Shown here: piece after piece, positions 59,639-64,000 of the stretch
Layout of the letters: every line of letters starts with the position of its first letter
Position numbering within the stretch: the stretch's first letter is position 1
Assembly: GCA_965656535.1 (NCBI GenBank)
Contig: CBFHKX010000003.1
Coordinates: 101,595-165,594 of the forward strand
Direction: 5' to 3'
DNA: 64,000 nt
From: Lishizhenia sp.
Lineage (GTDB): Bacteria > Bacteroidota > Bacteroidia > Flavobacteriales_D > Crocinitomicaceae
Notes under the pieces: generated by a model
What the model saw: only the letters and a program-made list of their open reading frames with translations
The model's database searches: none
What the model was told of the DNA's origin: nothing
Program-made: the position numbers and the translations under genes

Positions 59639-62209
59639 ATGGCAGAAGGAGAAAGAATAATTCAGATAAACATTGAAGACGAAATGAAATCCGCATACAT
59701 TGATTATTCAATGTCTGTAATCGTATCAAGAGCTTTACCTGATGTTAGAGATGGATTTAAACCCGTGCATCGACGCGTTTTATACGGTATGCAAGATTTG
59801 GGTGTTTATTCTAACAGACCTTATAAGAAATCCGCAAGAATTGTTGGAGAAGTACTGGGTAAGTATCATCCACATGGAGATAGTTCGGTTTATGATACAA
59901 TGGTAAGAATGGCTCAACCTTGGTCGTTGCGTTATCCTTTAGTTGATGGTCAAGGAAACTTTGGATCGGTAGATGGTGATAGTCCGGCAGCAATGCGTTA
60001 TACTGAGGCAAGATTAAAGAAAATCTCTGAGGAGATGCTCGGAGATCTAGATAAAGAAACAGTTGATTTCGCACCTAACTTTGACGATAGTCTTAAAGAA
60101 CCAACCGTACTGCCTACTAAAATACCTAATCTTTTAGTAAACGGTGCTTCTGGTATTGCAGTGGGTATGGCTACCAATATGGCGCCACATAACTTAACTG
60201 AAGTAGTAAACGGTGCAATTGCTTACGTAGAAAATAAAGACATTGACGTAGAAGAGCTTGTACAGTTTGTAAAAGCGCCTGATTTTCCTACTGGTGGAAT
60301 TATTTACGGATATGAGGGAGTGAAATCTGCTCTAACCACAGGTAAAGGTAGAGTTGTAATTAGAGCGAAAGCCGAAATTGAAGTAACAAAGTCAGACAGA
60401 GAACAGATTATTGTAACGGAGATTCCTTATTTAGTGAATAAGGCAGATATGATTAAGAAAACTGCCGACTTAGTTAACGATAAAAAAATTGATGGTATAT
60501 CAGATATTAGAGATGAGTCTGATAGAAACGGAATGCGAATTGTATACGAAATTAAGAGAGATGCAATCGCAAATGTGGTTTTAAATAAATTATTTAAATA
60601 TACTGCGTTACAATCTTCATTTTCAGTAAACAACATCTGTTTAGTTAATGGTAGACCAAAGCTTTTAAATTTAAAAGAAATGATTGGCTACTTCATTGAT
60701 TTTAGACATGAAGTAATTGTTCGTAGAACGAAATATGATTTAAGAAAAGCTGAAGAAAGAGCGCATATATTAGAAGGATTAATTATTGCTTCTGATAACA
60801 TTGACGAGGTAATCGCTTTAATAAGAGGTTCAAAGTCTCCAGATGAAGCAAGAGAAAAGTTAATTTCTAGGTTCGATCTGTCTGATATTCAAGCTAGGGC
60901 AATTGTTGAAATGCGTTTGAGACAATTAACCGGACTTGAGCAAGATAAGTTAAGAGCTGAATATGATGATTTAATGACTCTTATAGCTGATTTAAAGGAT
61001 ATTCTTGAAAATGAAGATAGACGAATGTCTATCATTAAGGAGGAATTAATTTACGTGAGAGACAAGTACGGAGACGAAAGAAGGTCTATTATAGAATACT
61101 CTGCGTCTGAAATGCGAATCGAAGATTTAATTCCTGATGATGAGGTTGTGGTAACAATTTCAAATGCAGGTTACGTTAAAAGAACCTCTTTAAATGAATA
61201 TAAAGTTCAGAAAAGAGGAGGAATGGGATCTAAAGGCTCAACGACTAGAGATAAAGATTTTCTCCAAGAAATATTTGTTGCGACAAATCACAATTATTTA
61301 ATGATTTTTACCGAAAAAGGTAAATGTTTCTGGATGCGTGTATTTGATATTCCAGAGGGTAACAAAACATCTAAAGGAAGAGCTATTCAAAACTTAATTA
61401 ATATTGAGCGCGAAGACTCTATAAAAGCTTACATCTGTGTTAATGACTTAAAGGATGAAGACTATGTGAACGGACATTACATTGTAATGTGTACTAAGCA
61501 AGGAATTATCAAGAAAACTTCATTAGAAGCGTATTCTCGACCACGAACAAATGGTATTAATGCAATAAACATTAATGAGGGAGATGAATTACTAGAAGCA
61601 AAGTTAACGGATGGTGCAAACGAAATCATCTTAGCAAAGCGTTCTGGATATGCAATACGTTTCAATGAATCTACGGTAAGAACAGTAGGTAGAAATTCTA
61701 TCGGTGTTAAAGGAGTTAGGTTTAAAGATGCTTCTGATGAAGTTATTGGAATGATCTGTATTAAAGAAGATACAACCAATACAATTTTAGTGGTTTCTGA
61801 AAATGGATATGGAAAACGCTCTTACTTAAATGATCCTGAAACTGGTGATCCTGTATATCGTGTAACAAATAGAGGAGGGAAAGGTGTGAAAACTATTTCT
61901 GTAACCGAAAAAACGGGTGCACTTATCTCTATTAAAAACGTTACTAACGATGATGATTTAATGATTATTACTAAATCAGGTATAACAATACGATTAGATC
62001 TATCTGAGGTAAGAGTAATAGGAAGAGCTGCACAAGGTGTTAAAATGATAAACCTTAAAAAGAATGCAGAAATTGCTGCTGTAGCCAAGGTGCCAAAATC
62101 TGACGAAGAAGAACCACAAGCTTTTGATGAGGACGGAAATCCAATACTTGTTGAAGGTACAGAAGATGCTTCAAATGAAAATACATCTGCTTCTCAGGAA
62201 GAAGAGTAG
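59639..62209 (+). CDS. gyrA: DNA gyrase subunit A
   Basis: [30 protein letters not shown], GyrA-box QKRGGMG, beta-pinwheel repeats and acidic tail. Confidence 0.97.
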   Translation: MAEGERIIQINIEDEMKSAYIDYSMSVIVSRALPDVRDGFKPVHRRVLYGMQDLGVYSNRPYKKSARIVGEVLGKYHPHGDSSVYDTMVRMAQPWSLRYPLVDGQGNFGSVDGDSPAAMRYTEARLKKISEEMLGDLDKETVDFAPNFDDSLKEPTVLPTKIPNLLVNGASGIAVGMATNMAPHNLTEVVNGAIAYVENKDIDVEELVQFVKAPDFPTGGIIYGYEGVKSALTTGKGRVVIRAKAEIEVTKSDREQIIVTEIPYLVNKADMIKKTADLVNDKKIDGISDIRDESDRNGMRIVYEIKRDAIANVVLNKLFKYTALQSSFSVNNICLVNGRPKLLNLKEMIGYFIDFRHEVIVRRTKYDLRKAEERAHILEGLIIASDNIDEVIALIRGSKSPDEAREKLISRFDLSDIQARAIVEMRLRQLTGLEQDKLRAEYDDLMTLIADLKDILENEDRRMSIIKEELIYVRDKYGDERRSIIEYSASEMRIEDLIPDDEVVVTISNAGYVKRTSLNEYKVQKRGGMGSKGSTTRDKDFLQEIFVATNHNYLMIFTEKGKCFWMRVFDIPEGNKTSKGRAIQNLINIEREDSIKAYICVNDLKDEDYVNGHYIVMCTKQGIIKKTSLEAYSRPRTNGINAININEGDELLEAKLTDGANEIILAKRSGYAIRFNESTVRTVGRNSIGVKGVRFKDASDEVIGMICIKEDTTNTILVVSENGYGKRSYLNDPETGDPVYRVTNRGGKGVKTISVTEKTGALISIKNVTNDDDLMIITKSGITIRLDLSEVRVIGRAAQGVKMINLKKNAEIAAVAKVPKSDEEEPQAFDEDGNPILVEGTEDASNENTSASQEEE

Positions 62210-62226
62210 ATAACTAAAGTACACAG

Positions 62227-62258
62227 GCGATTAGTGTTGAATTTTCAGCGCTAATCGC
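62227..62258 (+). terminator. Terminator after gyrA
   Basis: gcgattagtgttgaa/ttttcagcgctaatcgc hairpin followed by a T-run. Confidence 0.75.
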
Positions 62259-62359
62259 TTTTTTATTGGAAATAACAATAGGTGTCAGTATTTTTGGCAT
62301 AGAATGTGTAATTTCACTTATGGAAATTAACATTAAATACATCACAAAGAAAATATAAT

Positions 62360-63511
62360 ATGAGTATGAATACAATAAAAACGGTTACGTTAGGATTAGG
62401 TTTACTAGTTGGATCTACTGCTGTTGCACAGAAATCTGATATGGTTAATGCAATTTTAGAATATCAAAAAACACCTAGACAAGCAGCAGAGAAAGACTAT
62501 ACATCTCTAGTCAAAACATTGCTTTCTGCAGAAGATTACATTGATGATGTTTTAGAGCATGAGCAGACTAAAAAAGGAACGAAAGATGGACCAAAAGCAC
62601 ATTACTATTATGGCGCTATTTACTATGATCTTGCTATGTATGCTGAAATGCCTAAATTACAAAAAGAGTTTAGTGCATTTTCAAACGAAGAGACCTTGAA
62701 TAAAGCAATTGATGCATTAAATTATGCTTACGCAAATGGCAAAAGTAGAATAAAAGGAGATGCTGAGAACTTTGTTTTAATAAAAGCACAGAACCTATCT
62801 AAAGACGCAACTAAAAGTTTTCAAGATAGTTCTTATTTAGCATCTTTTGAAGCCTTTGCATTTGCATACGATTTAAAGAAGAGAGTTTTAGAGCAAGATG
62901 ATACGGATACGAAAACGAATGCGCAGGTTGCAGCAAGTAATGCACTTGTTCAATTGAAAAAAGAAGGAGATAATCAAAAAACATTGCGATTTATTAAGTC
63001 TGCATATGAAATTTTCCCAGGTGATTTAGCACTTGCGTCTGAAGGTGTACAAGTCGCACTAAAAGCAGGAGATGAAGAAAATGCAATGCAATATGCAAAT
63101 TCAGCACTTGAAGCAAACACAGATAATGCTTTAGCTTATGGTACTTTCGGTACAGTGTTTTTGTCTGAAGGAAAAGAGGATAAAGCAGAGCAATTTTTAA
63201 TTAAAGCTACAGAGTTAGAACCAACAAATGTGGATTACCAATATAACCTAGGTGCGCTTTATATTGGAAAAGGTCAAAAATTACAAGAAGGCCTTCGCGA
63301 TCTAGATTTGGGAGATCCGAGAAGAGCGAAAATGGAAAAAGAGGTAGAAGAAACTTATTCTAAAGCTGTTGCTCCATTAGAAGTTTACTTATCCCAAGAA
63401 CCAGATAACGTGCAAGTGGTTAGAACCTTAATGCAAGTAAGTAATTTTGCTGGAGACGAAGAGAAAAAGCAAATGTATTACGAGCGCATGAAAGAGTTGA
63501 AGAATAAGTAA
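62360..63511 (+). CDS. Secreted tetratricopeptide-repeat protein
   Basis: Signal peptide (..TAVA/QK) and TPR-like repeats (ALAYGTFG..KATELEP, YQYNLGALY). Confidence 0.82.
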   Translation: MSMNTIKTVTLGLGLLVGSTAVAQKSDMVNAILEYQKTPRQAAEKDYTSLVKTLLSAEDYIDDVLEHEQTKKGTKDGPKAHYYYGAIYYDLAMYAEMPKLQKEFSAFSNEETLNKAIDALNYAYANGKSRIKGDAENFVLIKAQNLSKDATKSFQDSSYLASFEAFAFAYDLKKRVLEQDDTDTKTNAQVAASNALVQLKKEGDNQKTLRFIKSAYEIFPGDLALASEGVQVALKAGDEENAMQYANSALEANTDNALAYGTFGTVFLSEGKEDKAEQFLIKATELEPTNVDYQYNLGALYIGKGQKLQEGLRDLDLGDPRRAKMEKEVEETYSKAVAPLEVYLSQEPDNVQVVRTLMQVSNFAGDEEKKQMYYERMKELKNK

Positions 63512-63620
63512 AAACTATAATATTTGGAGAGAGGGACAATTATTTTGTCCCTCTTTTTTTATATCTACATTTTAATTTGTTTAATCCTCTGTCTACAGTT
63601 AATTTAGCAAAAAAACACAG

Positions 63621-64000
63621 ATGAAAATTACTATTCTCGGTTCTGGAACATCTCAAGGCGTGCCTGTTATAGCTTGTAACTGTTCAGTATGTAGTTCTGG
63701 TAATTCAAAGGACGTACGACTCAGATCGTCTATCATGTTTACGGTTAATGATGAAAACTATGTTGTAGACTCTGGACCAGACTTTAGGCAACAAATGTTA
63801 AGAGAAAATGTCCAGTCGTTAAGAGCCGTCTTGTATACACATGAGCACAAAGATCATATTTCAGGTATGGATGATGTACGCGCTTTTAATTTTAAAGAAA
63901 AAAGAGATATGGAAATCTTTTGCTCTAATTCTGTAGAAGAAGCCTTACGTAGAGAATTCTATTACGTTTTTGGAGCCAATACTTATCCAGGTATACCCAA
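63621..64000 (+). CDS. MBL-fold metallohydrolase, PhnP-like; runs off the window
   Basis: Not in the ORF track. Manual translation gives MKITILGSGTSQGVPVIACNCSVC..VVDSGPDFRQQ..YTHEHKDHISGMDD. Confidence 0.9.
   Translation, partial: MKITILGSGTSQGVPVIACNCSVCSSGNSKDVRLRSSIMFTVNDENYVVDSGPDFRQQMLRENVQSLRAVLYTHEHKDHISGMDDVRAFNFKEKRDMEIFCSNSVEEALRREFYYVFGANTYPGIP

Overview
AT-rich chromosomal window from a Bacteroidota bacterium, most likely Flavobacteriales. The evidence is TAnnTTTG promoters, a T9SS C-terminal domain, fused SecDF and a Rho with a long N-terminal insert. Most of the window is housekeeping: aminotransferase, ECF sigma, HU, fmt, RlmI, thiolase, prfC, gmhA, secDF, mpl-like ligase, rho, trmD, panB, CCA-adding enzyme, clpC and gyrA. 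The exception is an accessory region at about 35.1-46.1 kb, directly downstream of two tRNA-Asp(GTC) genes and a 99-bp att-like duplication of the tRNA 3' end. It holds a tightly packed minus-strand run: KAP P-loop NTPase, two paralogous small proteins each built from two ubiquitin-like half repeats, Zn-ribbon/PH-like protein, LEM-3-like GIY-YIG nuclease, basic coiled coil, DUF481-like barrel and a Cas4-like/DUF2779 nuclease. Downstream of that run are a broken tandem array of lipoprotein genes and an orphan HTH-like protein. Three promoters in this region share a direct-repeat motif (ATGGGCT-N4-ATGRGC), each exactly 22 nt from a degenerate -7 element, which suggests a co-activated, possibly defensive, regulon. 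Other oddities are a perfect (AAC)16 tract in rho, a T9SS cargo gene split by one in-frame TAA, a palindromic operator candidate before a LexA/CI-like gene, a two-domain CHRD-like lipoprotein and a GH113 pair with a DUF547-barrel fusion. All family assignments are from motif recognition by eye; no searches were run.
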